Assembly (NCBI GenBank): GCA_965237675.1
Contig: OZ250150.1
Location: forward strand, 4,672,001 to 4,736,000
DNA from: Candidatus Latescibacterota bacterium
Lineage (GTDB): Bacteria > Latescibacterota > UBA2968 > GCA-2709665
Direction: 5' to 3'
DNA length: 64,000 nucleotides
Under the pieces are notes generated by a model. It saw only the letters and a list, made by a program, of their open reading frames with translations, did not search any database and had not been told where the DNA came from. Both the position numbers and the translations under genes were made by a program. Position 1 is the stretch's first letter, and each line of letters opens with the position of its first letter. Positions 31,118 through 41,834 of this stretch are shown here, one piece after another.

Positions 31118-32326
31118 TCAGGCGCGCAGGCGCTCGAGGCATTCCTCATAAGCTTCAAAGCGCTCGCCTTCGCGCTCCTCGGGATCGACCTTCTTGAGGA
31201 ACAACGCGCTGCCCGGCTTCCTGCCGGTAAACTCACGGTGGCTCTTGATATGTGCCGGATCCTCACCGCTCCACTTAACCTCGCCATCCTGCAGATACAC
31301 AAAGTTCCCCCGGTGTTCCTCGATCATCGCTTGCATGCGATCGCGATAGAAGAGTCCCTGCTCACAAGCCGTTTCCCTTACCGTGGCCATGATTTCAGGC
31401 GGATCTTCCTCGTCAGAGTCAAATTCGTTCAATGGACCCCCGACTTCACTCTTGAAGTCAATTTCGTCGAGATTGACGGTTCCGAATCCGCTCTGCGCGG
31501 CGACGAGGAGATGGTTGCGGTCGCGTCGGAATGGTGGCGCAGGCCAATCGGACGCGGGATCGTGCCCCATCAGGCTGGCGCCGACGGCATCGGTGGCTAT
31601 GATCTGGTCGCCCGCGATAAGGGTGTTGCACACGCGGCCCTCGCCGCCCCACTCACGTCCCCATTGACCGGTCGTGGCGTCGACGATATTGAGACACGGG
31701 TTGGTAATGCGCGCCAGATCGGGCAGCACGTAGGACAGCCGGATTGCGTGGTGGAAATAGGTGCGCACCCGACCCTCCGGCGGGATCGTAGGCGTGAGGC
31801 CGAACAGGTTCTTGGTACAAAGTGTGACTCCCATGAAGAGGTGGTTCTTCATCTTGGCGACGGAAACGACCTCGTCCGCTTCGCTGAAGCACCGGCTGAG
31901 CGTGTAGCGCTGAAACATGCAACCGCCTCCCGGCACGTCATACTCGGCGAACGGGGGCAGATTTGACTCCACGTACTCGACGTCGAATTCCTCGAGCAGC
32001 GGACGGTAGTTGAAGTAGTCCGTTACAGCCCCGGACGCGTCCCGGCAGAACGTGTCGGCGGCGACAAGAGCCGCTGAGGTCCGCTCGCGCAGGAGCCGAA
32101 GGACGGCGCGGCAAACAGCATCGTCGACAAGCTCTCGACGACGTCCCTCGAAATGTGCCACGTCCGTATGCCCCATGTTGAACTTGAGAGCGATTCGGCC
32201 CGCCTTTCGCAGCTTCTCCCAGGAGCGCGCCAGGGGGGCGGTCGCCCGTACCAGGTTTTGGTAGACCTCTTCGTCGGAGGCCCGGTGATCGCACTGTACT
32301 GCACGAACGCTGAATTCATGGTTCAT
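31118..32326 (-). CDS. DUF362 Fe-S protein
   Basis: ALKFN, AKMKNH..GVTLCTKNLFG, IATDAV. Confidence 0.85.
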   Translation of the reverse strand: MNHEFSVRAVQCDHRASDEEVYQNLVRATAPLARSWEKLRKAGRIALKFNMGHTDVAHFEGRRRELVDDAVCRAVLRLLRERTSAALVAADTFCRDASGAVTDYFNYRPLLEEFDVEYVESNLPPFAEYDVPGGGCMFQRYTLSRCFSEADEVVSVAKMKNHLFMGVTLCTKNLFGLTPTIPPEGRVRTYFHHAIRLSYVLPDLARITNPCLNIVDATTGQWGREWGGEGRVCNTLIAGDQIIATDAVGASLMGHDPASDWPAPPFRRDRNHLLVAAQSGFGTVNLDEIDFKSEVGGPLNEFDSDEEDPPEIMATVRETACEQGLFYRDRMQAMIEEHRGNFVYLQDGEVKWSGEDPAHIKSHREFTGRKPGSALFLKKVDPEEREGERFEAYEECLERLRA

Positions 32327-32468
32327 CACTATGCTCTCCTCGTGTGAACGGCGGTTGCGGGGGTGACCCATCAGAGTCTATTGCGTCCAAATCTAAACCG
32401 GTGGTTCTGTCAAAAACAAAATCGGTGTTGACACAAACAGGTACGTAATGAGAAATACTCAGGCGCCT

Positions 32469-32810
32469 TTAGTTTCCATCCATCTGCTGTGAGAGATCCA
32501 CCAGAAGCTGCAACTCTGTCACCGACCCTCGGACCCATGTGTCCCTCTTGAAATTCTGGTGATATGCATCTATTCCGAACAATGACTCTTTTGCTACCTG
32601 CTGTGCACGTTCGATATCCTCTGATCGCATGTAGGATAGCAGGTAGTCCTCGCCATTCAGGGAAAGAAGAAACCAGGACTCGACCTTTACCCCTTCGGTG
32701 CGCAATGTGGATAGCGCTTCATCTCTTCGACGGTTGATACCGCTTGTCCACTCCGACACCCGGTCGCGCGAGTCTTCCTTAAGTTCTATCAGATAGGCCT
32801 TAACGTCCAT
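32469..32810 (-). CDS. DUF6176-like small protein, second paralogue
   Basis: Clear similarity to 1595-1933. Confidence 0.7.
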   Translation of the reverse strand: MDVKAYLIELKEDSRDRVSEWTSGINRRRDEALSTLRTEGVKVESWFLLSLNGEDYLLSYMRSEDIERAQQVAKESLFGIDAYHQNFKRDTWVRGSVTELQLLVDLSQQMDGN

Positions 32811-32924
32811 GGTCAACCCCTGTCGGCAATTCATACCATTTCGCATTTTACATATAACAACCAGGCTTCCTGAAGCGGCCGAAGCCGCAGTCCGTCGTTG
32901 TGGCGGTCGTTCGCACGCAGACTT

Positions 32925-33896
32925 CTATTCGAGAAGCTTCACAACTGTTCTTCGGTCCCAGCCGCCTGGCGCCGGACCCTGGTATGCGGCGAGGATGTCC
33001 AACACCCTTGCCAGGGAGTGGAGTTTTAGAACCAACTCTTGCTCCACACTCAACATTCCATAAGCCCGCCAGAAACATTCAGATATTTCTGGTGTCGTGA
33101 GGAATACGCTAAGATAAAGATCCCTGGAGTCGGTAAATGCCGGAGCAATTTTGGCTTTTCCGAAATCGAGAACCGCCACCAGATTCAAGGTTTCCGGATC
33201 TACACGAAGATTATGCAACTGAAAGTCATGATGGACAAGGGCATCAACTTCCGCGGCTCCGAGAGAATCGGCCAGGTCGGTCCAGAGCGCAACGCAGCGA
33301 TCGAGGGTGTCATTCCCCAGCCAGCCTTGCTTCCGGAGAAGCCCGATAGCCCGTTCGAATCTGTTCTCCTCCGACTTCCGCCACTCGTTTCCGCTCATCG
33401 GGTCGCCGAGAATGGCGGCGGTATACGGCCCCAGAGGAATGGAGTGAAGGGCACGCAAATGACTCGCGCATTGAATAAGAATCTTCTCCTTGTCTTCGAC
33501 GTCTATCTCGCTCCAAACCCGGTCCCCATCGACGCCAGCCACGTACTCAATCAGAGCATGAGGATACGGGACAATGGCGTCACCCGATGAGACGTAGACC
33601 CAGGGTGGCGTCGGCACCGTAGATTCACGTTGGACCCATCTGACAACCCCTTCTTCCCTTCGCATCACGTCGTCGTCCGAGCATCTGACCCAAATCTTCA
33701 AAATCAGCAAGTCACGACCGGGCAACTCCAGCAAGAAGATGGCGTTCACTTCACCTCGCCTCAGCCGACGGATCGAGGTCGGTTTTGGGAGACCGGCTTT
33801 TGAACAAATCGCCTGCGCGATTGGGAGCGAAACATCATAGTTGACGAATTCCTGGTAGGTCAGGAGTGGCTTAGGGGCAGTCATCGGGTTCTTCAT
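32925..33896 (-). CDS. APH/choline-kinase-like phosphotransferase
   Basis: HHDFQLHN; VLDFG. Confidence 0.85.
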   Translation of the reverse strand: MKNPMTAPKPLLTYQEFVNYDVSLPIAQAICSKAGLPKPTSIRRLRRGEVNAIFLLELPGRDLLILKIWVRCSDDDVMRREEGVVRWVQRESTVPTPPWVYVSSGDAIVPYPHALIEYVAGVDGDRVWSEIDVEDKEKILIQCASHLRALHSIPLGPYTAAILGDPMSGNEWRKSEENRFERAIGLLRKQGWLGNDTLDRCVALWTDLADSLGAAEVDALVHHDFQLHNLRVDPETLNLVAVLDFGKAKIAPAFTDSRDLYLSVFLTTPEISECFWRAYGMLSVEQELVLKLHSLARVLDILAAYQGPAPGGWDRRTVVKLLE

Positions 33897-34629
33897 CTGA
33901 TTCTTCGGGCGCGCTTCTGGATTCGACTATCTTTAGCAGATGGCTTGCAAGAATAACCATCTCAGCCGCTTCCTCAGCGCCTAAGAAGACGTTTCGATGG
34001 CTATGCGGATTCTTGTATAAGCCAATGGCTCCAGCAAACAAGCTTGAAAGGGCTTCACGTTCTGGGTTTTGTAGTTTTACATCGCGTAGTCGTCCAGACG
34101 TGTGGTGGAACGCATTGCGCATCAGTTTTGTCCCAATATCATTCTCTGAATACCCACCGCGCTTGCGTACAGCGATCTCAACCTCTTTAAAGGCATTAAA
34201 GACGGCCGTGTCGTACACGCCTCGTCTGAAGGAAGGCATCGAAGCCTGCGCAACATTCGGATGCAACATCCTTCTCGGAAGTAAGTCAGTACGTCTGTAA
34301 GCCGTATAGTCCGCGTGACTCTTGAAGCTCTTACCGCGGCGTGTAACGAAGAACCAGCCTTCCTCACTGCCGGGTTTAGGCGCCAACAGTCCCTCACGTT
34401 CCAGCCAGACCCATCCTTCCATCAGGACTTTCTTAATCTCATCGTCGTTGCATCCTGGAGAGTATTCCTCGATCCAGTGCGCGAGGCTGAAATTGTAGCG
34501 ACTCAACCCTTCGGTTTCCCTAGGATCTAGCGAGTTCAGATGTTCGAGGATAACGCCGCCAACTTCCTCCGGTTCCATCGATAGCAGGAGTTCTGGATCT
34601 GGAACAATATCGGGAATAGACTTGCTCAT
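33871..34629 (-). CDS. TIGR02391 family protein
   Basis: AVFNAFKEVE..IGTKLMRNAF..LFAGAIGLYKNPHSH. Confidence 0.85.
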   Translation of the reverse strand: MSKSIPDIVPDPELLLSMEPEEVGGVILEHLNSLDPRETEGLSRYNFSLAHWIEEYSPGCNDDEIKKVLMEGWVWLEREGLLAPKPGSEEGWFFVTRRGKSFKSHADYTAYRRTDLLPRRMLHPNVAQASMPSFRRGVYDTAVFNAFKEVEIAVRKRGGYSENDIGTKLMRNAFHHTSGRLRDVKLQNPEREALSSLFAGAIGLYKNPHSHRNVFLGAEEAAEMVILASHLLKIVESRSAPEESDEEPDDCP

Positions 34630-34708
34630 AGTCGCGGACCCCTACCGTTAGAGTGGCGTCTTGCGATTCTGGGTTCGAATCGACATCCACTCTTGATTTA
34701 GTGCTATC

Positions 34709-35614
34709 CTACAGCCTAATGTTCTTTGTTCTTAACTTCATTGATTGGATGGTATCGAACTGTTTGAGCGCTTCCCTCTTCCCTCGTTCACAAGATTGAT
34801 TAATGAGATCAAAAACGAGAGTTTGGATTCTTTCGTTTGTTTTCTGTACAAGGCCTTTGGCGAAGTCAGTATGATTCTGAAAGTTGTCTGAATCGGCGAC
34901 AATCATGACGAGTCGATCAAGATTCACCGTAGTGCTTCGCTTCATGGAGTAGTACGAATTGCGGTATTCATTGTCAAAGACTTGGACCCAATCGTCATTT
35001 GGTGAATGGCTCAGGACGAATTCTAGGTAATATGCTGCTGGGAAGTCTGGGGCTTTTCTGAAAGCGTTGTCATCGACTGATTGGATTGAGATTTCTGGGA
35101 ACTTAGATTTCTCTCTTTGCTTACGTGCATCCCACTCAATCTCGATCGCTTTTCGGGCACTTTTCCTAATCAGATCCCTCTCAGCGAGCCATTCAGAAGC
35201 CTCTTGGATGGATCCGTGAGCGACAGGCAAACGCGAACTGGAAATCAACTGACATGCTTCGTGTAGCTCATCTCTAAGCTTGGATTCGACGACATCTGGC
35301 CCTACGTCTGGCAGCGAATTTCGAATCTCATCCAGATTTTGAAGAACTCTTTTTTCGATCTCGTTGCTCTCCTTCAATTGTTCCTTATATAGCCTGATCT
35401 GATCTGGCGTGAATTCCTTATGGCGATGATAGCGGTGTTGATGGCAATTTGGACAGAGGACAATGAGATTCTCAGGCTCATCCGAACCGCCCTCCGCTCG
35501 TTCAACTATATGGTGAATCTCAAAGCATTTCTCTGCGCAGATTGTGCACCTATGACGCGCTTCTACGAGTAACCGGTCTCGTATTGACTTCGCTATTGAC
35601 ATAACAAAACTCAT
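34709..35614 (-). CDS. HNH endonuclease-domain protein
   Basis: CTIC..EIHHI..GG..NLIVLCPNCH. Confidence 0.88.
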   Translation of the reverse strand: MSFVMSIAKSIRDRLLVEARHRCTICAEKCFEIHHIVERAEGGSDEPENLIVLCPNCHQHRYHRHKEFTPDQIRLYKEQLKESNEIEKRVLQNLDEIRNSLPDVGPDVVESKLRDELHEACQLISSSRLPVAHGSIQEASEWLAERDLIRKSARKAIEIEWDARKQREKSKFPEISIQSVDDNAFRKAPDFPAAYYLEFVLSHSPNDDWVQVFDNEYRNSYYSMKRSTTVNLDRLVMIVADSDNFQNHTDFAKGLVQKTNERIQTLVFDLINQSCERGKREALKQFDTIQSMKLRTKNIRL

Positions 35615-35825
35615 CCTCGCGTGAATTGAACTGATTTGTGATCAAGACACAGTACATTTCTCGGAATTTGGGATTGTTATGCAAAGATCCAGATCTGTTT
35701 TTTTCTTTTTCATCTACCGTCTTCGGTTTTCGAATTGCGAACTTGCCGATGTTTTGCAGACTGCCGAGGCGCAGCGCCGCAGAAAATGCGTTGTCTGAAT
35801 TCTAGAAGACATCGAACTACTGTGC

Positions 35826-36533
35826 CTAAGACATACTTGGCTTAAGACCAAGGTACTGAAGGAAAAATTGACCTTCTTGGGTTACAGAAAGTATTGAATC
35901 TTGGTCCTCCAGCATATTGAACTGAATTAGCACACCCAAAACAGCGTCACGTTGTTCCTTTGCTGGAATCTGTTGTTGCCAAATGAGATGGAAATTTTGT
36001 ACTGATTGGCTATGATTTGTCGAAAGCCAAAGTAGGATCTGCTTCGTTATTGGGACATAGAACAGGTTCAAATAGGAAAACTTCCACATGTAAGTGAGAT
36101 ATTGTGCATCACTGAGTTGCCTTTGAAGATCAACCCGCTGCGCTGAGGAAGTGGCGACACTTTGCTGGAGATCTTCGATATGTTTCCTAATTTGCCTCTG
36201 TTGTTCACTGGTCAGACTGATGCCTCCTTCCGGTGCACCGCCTGCAAGCTCGGAATTTGCAGGTCCAGCGGTTTGCGTTTGTAGGTTGCCGCCGGGAAAA
36301 GAAACGCTCCTTATGCTTCGCAGAAACACGTCAATTGCTTCCTTGAAGCGAGTAAGCACGAATATGGAGATCAAGGCAGCAACTGCAGGCCACGAAATCA
36401 GCAATCCAATAATCTTTACGGACGATTCCATTGACGGAGAATTGCGCCATAGAATGATAGGCAACCAGATGCACAAGAATGCAATGACCAAGATCTTTAC
36501 TGCGAACCCAACGATTTTTGTGATGAGTTGCAT
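35826..36533 (-). CDS. Hypothetical 2-TM protein with coiled coil
   Basis: Two N-terminal hydrophobic helices; lower GC. Confidence 0.7.
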   Translation of the reverse strand: MQLITKIVGFAVKILVIAFLCIWLPIILWRNSPSMESSVKIIGLLISWPAVAALISIFVLTRFKEAIDVFLRSIRSVSFPGGNLQTQTAGPANSELAGGAPEGGISLTSEQQRQIRKHIEDLQQSVATSSAQRVDLQRQLSDAQYLTYMWKFSYLNLFYVPITKQILLWLSTNHSQSVQNFHLIWQQQIPAKEQRDAVLGVLIQFNMLEDQDSILSVTQEGQFFLQYLGLKPSMS

Positions 36534-36565
36534 GTGTCCCTCACGATATATTTGGAATCGATATC

Positions 36566-36650
36566 AGGTAACATCCTAGGCACCCGCAGGCCGTGTAGGC
36601 GTTTGCGCATCGAGGCGAAAGCCCCGTAGCCGTGGGTGCTGGTGTTACCT
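36566..36650 (-). other. attC-like site (intact)
   Basis: AGGTAAC/GTTACCT perfect R pairing; gcaccc/gggtgc stem. Confidence 0.85.
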
Positions 36651-36694
36651 GCCGTGTACGCTTAACGGATTTGGAGCCTGTGAGGACGAAGGGG

Positions 36695-37387
36695 TCAACC
36701 CACAGGCTTCACGAATTCGAGGACCATCAGGAATGGAATCGAATTCCCGCGATCTCGATTCAGGGCATTGGGGTCGGGGTTAATGTCTTTCAAGGATCTC
36801 AGAAGAAAGCCATTCTTCCCGAACACGTCGATGTATTCCTCCATCGTTCGGTGATAATAATATACCTCGACTCCCTTCCGCGCCAAACCCTGATAGATCA
36901 CTGACTCACCTGTGGCGAAGTAACGAGTGGCCTTCTCTCTCAGGACCGCCGAGTAGGGATTGTTGATGGAAAAAATCGCCCTCCCACCGCCGCGGCACAC
37001 AGCAGAGAGTGTGCGGACGAATCCTGCATAGTCGGGGACGTCATTCAACACGAGGTGAGAGGCGACGAGGTCGAAGGATTTCTCCAGGTCTGGCAGCGGT
37101 CTGCTGAGGTCATGGACCCTGTAGTCGATAGAATGATCAGGATCTTTCGCTCTTCCCAGTTCGACAAGCGGCGCACTGATGTCAATCGCACAGACTTCCG
37201 CTCCGCGACCTGCCAGGAGTCTCGCGACCAAGCCGTCGCCGCATCCCGCATCCAGGCAGCGAAGTCCCTGAACGTCACCGACGATGTCCAGGAATACAGA
37301 TAGTACAGGATCGCTGCCAACGTCCACATCTGAGACCATCGCCGAATACTGCTCGGCGAAGTCATCATAGGTGTTTCGATCGGTCAC
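36695..37387 (-). CDS. Class I SAM-dependent methyltransferase
   Basis: LDAGCGDG. Confidence 0.9.
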   Translation of the reverse strand: MTDRNTYDDFAEQYSAMVSDVDVGSDPVLSVFLDIVGDVQGLRCLDAGCGDGLVARLLAGRGAEVCAIDISAPLVELGRAKDPDHSIDYRVHDLSRPLPDLEKSFDLVASHLVLNDVPDYAGFVRTLSAVCRGGGRAIFSINNPYSAVLREKATRYFATGESVIYQGLARKGVEVYYYHRTMEEYIDVFGKNGFLLRSLKDINPDPNALNRDRGNSIPFLMVLEFVKPVG

Positions 37388-37538
37388 TTCTTCAAGCCCT
37401 TCCGACTCCCGACAGGCCGGTCAAAGGCGGTGCAAGGCAGGAGACGTTTCGGTACCCCTGAACCGCAAGACGATTACCGAAGGCCAAAGCGCCCGAACGG
37501 CGCCGCAGCGCGAACCGACCGGTTATCGGACGTGTGCT

Positions 37539-37979
37539 CTACTTGCGAGCGTCCAATGACTCTACAAGTAGGTCAATCTTGTCGTCGTAATTGGCAACGA
37601 GCCTGGGAAGTGCCCGGACATTGGCCCAATAGAAATCGAATGGATGGATGAGAGTTCCGTCCTCCGAATGTTCTCCATGGCGCCAGGTTTCTTCTATGGG
37701 CCCGTCCACAGACAAATGAAAGAACCAGCGGCACTGCAGTTCATCACTCCCGCAATCCCGCATGTCGCGAGTATCCCGGGCGAGGAACCGTACATACCTG
37801 AGCCCCGTTAATCCCGTCTCCTCTTCTGCTTCTCGCATCGCCGCATCCTGAGGATTCTCTCCGGGCTCAATCGTTCCCGCGGGAACTTGAATGCCGGCCT
37901 CCGGCGCACCGGGTTGGGTGAAGAGGAGCAGGCGGCTCCCCCTCGTGATATAGGCGTAGGCTCTTTGACGGGTTTTCAT
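37539..37979 (-). CDS. NUDIX hydrolase
   Basis: GTIEPGENPQDAAMREAEEETG. Confidence 0.9.
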   Translation of the reverse strand: MKTRQRAYAYITRGSRLLLFTQPGAPEAGIQVPAGTIEPGENPQDAAMREAEEETGLTGLRYVRFLARDTRDMRDCGSDELQCRWFFHLSVDGPIEETWRHGEHSEDGTLIHPFDFYWANVRALPRLVANYDDKIDLLVESLDARK

Positions 37980-38123
37980 TGGAGTGGGGGTTAGAGAAAC
38001 CCTTGCCTCACATGTCCGATAAAATTCTCGGCACCCCCGAAGCCGGAGGCGCCGTGTTAACCGATGTGGAGGTCTGCCGGATCATCGTAGAGTTCAAGAG
38101 GCAATGATCGCCCCCTGATTTTT

Positions 38124-38429
38124 TCATTCATTTCCTGCCAGTACTTCTGACCAACGCCTGGCCATTGTCCACAATTCTTCCTCATGAACTGGCCAATCGT
38201 GGAGCGTGGAAGGATCAAAGTCAGCACCATTCGGCCAGACGAGTGCATGCACTTCAGAATCGATACGCACCTGATTAAAAAGCACTTCATCCATCAGAGG
38301 TCCGAACAACTCGCCCACAAGAACTGGTCGAAAATCGATAACCTGAGTCGTTTCATCGTTGAATCTGACACTGATCCGACGGGGCCCAACAATCTCAAAT
38401 GAAACGACTCGATAGATTGGATGACTCAT
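38124..38429 (-). CDS. DUF2442 antitoxin-like protein
   Basis: VRFND..GELFGPL..LVWPNGADFDP. Confidence 0.82.
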   Translation of the reverse strand: MSHPIYRVVSFEIVGPRRISVRFNDETTQVIDFRPVLVGELFGPLMDEVLFNQVRIDSEVHALVWPNGADFDPSTLHDWPVHEEELWTMARRWSEVLAGNE

Positions 38430-38440
38430 TCTATCCTCCC

Positions 38441-39002
38441 CTAATGAAGCGGATCGATCGGCAAGGGAGGATACCCGGATTGGAGCCGACCCCAATCTTC
38501 AAGTGGCTCCTCCTGATGCAACTCCGCCCAGGCTTCGACGAATCGTCGCTGACGGCGCTGCAATGCCCCTGCGATCAGTTCTATGTCATCCACAGCCACA
38601 ACTGTCCAAAATCTGCTTCGTTCTTGGACAACAGTGACATAAGGCAAAAAAGCTTATTTCGTGAACGACTGAATAGCTGCGAAAAACGCCAATATTTCGT
38701 ACGGACTGCAGACGTTTCTTCACCCACCCTTTGGCTTGTAGTCCTTCTGTGCCTTCTGTGCTTTTTGTGGCTATTGTCCCGCTCTACCAGTTTGCCGCGA
38801 AAAAACATTTGCCACAAAAGGCACAAAAACACAAAAGGTCACACGTGTCCGAAATCGGCTTCGTTCCTGGACAGCGGTGATCCACAGCGTAAACGGCAAG
38901 GTTATCGTGACAATAGGCATGAAAATTTGGCTGATAGCACTGTGTTCTCGGTTCGGCGAACATGCGAATGATGATTCCGAAAAACCGAGAAATTTCAGGC
39001 AT
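38441..39002 (-). pseudogene. DUF4160 toxin-like gene split by a MITE
   Basis: MPEISRFFGIIIRMF..AVYAVD | DIELI..VEAWAELHQEE rejoins in frame after removing the insert and one TSD. Confidence 0.82.
38597..38879. mobile_element. 283-bp MITE
   Basis: 9-bp TSD ATCCACAGC (38588-38596, 38880-38888); imperfect TIR CACAACTGTCCA / TGGACAGCGGTG. Confidence 0.82.
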
Positions 39003-39156
39003 CTGTTCTCATTTCGATATGGATTTTTTGGATGAAATCCTCCGGGAAATGTACCGAATTTCAAATGGACAAGCAAAATCCAAATTGGTAGGGATGGGAT
39101 TTTGCTGTTGCCCCTCAGAACTTCATCTACCAAAAACCCCTTCAATCCTCCATGTC

Positions 39157-39243
39157 CGCTAACGTCCGCCGGTTTGCGAACCCCGAGCCTGGGGAGAGGT
39201 TGCCGAAGGCCAAGGCGCAACAGCGCAAACCGCGCTGTCATCC
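39157..39243 (-). other. attC-like site
   Basis: CGCTAAC..cggtttgcg...cgcaaaccg..GTCATCC. Confidence 0.78.
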
Positions 39244-39819
39244 GACGTGAAGACAAACTATATGAGTATGTTTCGAAGCGCACCTAACGACGAAATAATC
39301 TGTACGCCATCTATACATGCTGTGCTGAAACCTGACTCAATATCAGAATTTTCGCTGCCAAAATCCCGGGCGGCCGGCTCGGTGCCCCTGCCTTTCCTAT
39401 CAATCAGAATTGGAGTCATTCCAATTGCTTTAGCACCTACGATGTCGTCCTCAACAGAATCGCCAATGAACGCAACGTCCTCGGCTACCATTCCAATCTT
39501 GTTCAGCGCCAGGGAGAAGATCCCTGAGTCAGGTTTTTTTGAACCTACCTCTCCCGATACTACAACAGCATCGAAATACTGCGTGAGTCCCAGTTCCCGT
39601 AGGCGACAATGCACATGGGGTGGATGATCGAAATTCGTGATTAGGGCCATTCGATGCGAGCCTCTCACATCATTCAGTAGGCTTTGGGCTTTAGGATCAG
39701 GAAAGGTGTGCCGTGACCAAGAGTCTACACTCCTTTCCGAAATGTCTGACATCTCTCGAGCTGTAAATTCGACTCCGAGCTGTTCTCCCAAAGCCCCAAT
39801 ACGTCGCTCATACAACGTT

Positions 39820-41633
39820 GAGTCCACTCCGAAAAGTCGAGTTTACTTATTGAGGAAAAAGTACTAAATTTCAAGGTGAGAAGAGGTTTCAAAGTTGCGG
39901 ACGTATAAAGGAAAAAGCGAGGGTATAGAATCAATGTATAAGAGAAGCGCGTCATGCAGCCAACCGGATCTGTTTTCGGGCTTCGAGTCGCATTTCAAGA
40001 GGCGCAAGCAGGACCAGTTGAATGATCCGAAGTCGTGGCATAATCTGTTTTACCAGCACGTCACGTCAAAGATAGAAGAGGATGTGTTTTCGGTGTTGTT
40101 TGATCCCAACCAAGGCCGCCCCAATGCGCCGATTCGTCACCTGGTGTCGATGATGATCTTGAAGGAGGGCTTTGGGTGGAGCGATGCCCAACTATTCGAG
40201 CATTGTCGGTTCAACATCCTGGTGATGCGGGCATTGGGGTTGATGAATCTATGCGATGAAGTGCCTGCGGAGTCCACGTATTATTTGTTCAAGCAGGCCT
40301 TGTATGCGGATCAACTCGAAGCCGGTCGAGATCTGATTGGAGAGACCTTTTCCAGCTTGACACAGACGCAGGCCAACGCCTTTGGTGTATTAGGTCAGCA
40401 CATCCGAATGGACAGTAAGTTGATCGGCTCTAACATTGCCCTGTGTTGTCGGTTGCAGTTGGTGGTGCGTTGCTTACAAGGGTTCTGGGGGTCGCTGGAC
40501 AAGGCCCAAAAGCGACGATCATCGGCAAAAAATCAGCAGGTTTTGGACGGATTGCTGAAGGTGAAGGCGCATCAGGTTGTCTATGGTCTCACCCGCGCTG
40601 AAAAGTGTGAGAAGCTGCAGGAATGCGGGCAGTTATTGAGCAGGCTTCAAGCGACCTATACCGACGAAGACAGCGGTCACTACGGTCTGATCGTGCGTGT
40701 TATGGGGGATCAATATACCGTTTTATCGTCCTCCAAACAGGTGCTTCCGAAGCCTCCTAAAGAGATCTCCTCATCCTCCTTGCAGTCTGCCGATGATGAA
40801 GATGCGACCTTTCGCAGGAAAGGGAAGGACAAGGTGAAAGGATACAGTGTCAACCTCACCGAGACCTGTGGTGAGGACGGCCTCAATTTGATCACGGACG
40901 TTGACGTCAAACCGGCGACGACGCCCGACAATGCGTTTGTACAAGCGGCCATCGAGCGGACGCAACAGGTCGTGGGTGACGCCTTGGAAGTGTCAATGGA
41001 TGGGGCCTATAATGATCAATCCAACGCCGAGTATGCAAAAGAACAGGACAAGCAATTCTATTACAGTGGCCTGCAAGGAACCCCAGGACGTTTCATTTAT
41101 GAACGCACAGAAGATGGCGTCACCGTCATCGATCAACAAACCGGAGAGGTTCACATAGCCCAAGAATACAAACCGGGAAAATACAAAATCATCATGGATG
41201 GCAAACCCCGATACTTTAAAGAACAGCACATCGACAATTACCTCAAACGCAAACAGATTGAAGCCCTGCCTGACCACATCAGAAACCGACGCAATAACGT
41301 CGAAGCCAGCATCTTTCAGTTGAGCTACTACACCAAAGATGGCAAGACGCGCTATCGCGGACTGAGGCCACACCAATTGTGGGCGCACTGTCGCGGCTTA
41401 TGGGTCAACCTCGTTCGGATCAAGAACTACCTCGCAACACCTCCGATGCTCCCCGCATAAGGGGGGGTTTCTTGCAAAAACCTCCATACCATAGGCCCTG
41501 AGCAACTTCGTAGGTTGCCCCTGAGTTGATTTGCCGCACCTACACGTTATATCGTCGCCACACGCTAAATCACAATACCCAACCCTGACCACTTACATCA
41601 GGCCTTTATAACCCCCGTTTTCGGAGGGGACTC
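39820..41633 (+). mobile_element. DDE insertion sequence (IS5/IS1182-like)
   Basis: TIR GAGTCCACTCCGAAAA / TTTTCGGAGGGGACTC. Confidence 0.85.
39934..41460 (+). CDS. DDE transposase with InsH-N/DUF772-like N-terminus
   Basis: GRPNAP..LKE..GWSD; RMDSK; DGAY; RNNVEA. Confidence 0.85.
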   Translation: MYKRSASCSQPDLFSGFESHFKRRKQDQLNDPKSWHNLFYQHVTSKIEEDVFSVLFDPNQGRPNAPIRHLVSMMILKEGFGWSDAQLFEHCRFNILVMRALGLMNLCDEVPAESTYYLFKQALYADQLEAGRDLIGETFSSLTQTQANAFGVLGQHIRMDSKLIGSNIALCCRLQLVVRCLQGFWGSLDKAQKRRSSAKNQQVLDGLLKVKAHQVVYGLTRAEKCEKLQECGQLLSRLQATYTDEDSGHYGLIVRVMGDQYTVLSSSKQVLPKPPKEISSSSLQSADDEDATFRRKGKDKVKGYSVNLTETCGEDGLNLITDVDVKPATTPDNAFVQAAIERTQQVVGDALEVSMDGAYNDQSNAEYAKEQDKQFYYSGLQGTPGRFIYERTEDGVTVIDQQTGEVHIAQEYKPGKYKIIMDGKPRYFKEQHIDNYLKRKQIEALPDHIRNRRNNVEASIFQLSYYTKDGKTRYRGLRPHQLWAHCRGLWVNLVRIKNYLATPPMLPA

Positions 41634-41639
41634 AAGTTT

Positions 41640-41834
41640 GAGTCCACTCCGAAAAGTGAGATTCGCGTGATTTTCTTCCAATTTGGATCAGGAACGGCCA
41701 TTTTCAACAAAAGCTATATCCCCATAAATCATTATATATCATAGTGTTATATCAAGTATGATTTTGATTTACTTCTGAGTGAAACACCAACTTGGACCTC
41801 GTCAGAGTGGATTTTGACTTTTCGGAGGAGACTC
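41640..41834. mobile_element. 195-bp MITE with the same TIRs as the adjacent IS
   Basis: GAGTCCACTCCGAAAA...TTTTCGGAGGAGACTC; AACGTT flanks the whole IS+MITE unit. Confidence 0.82.
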
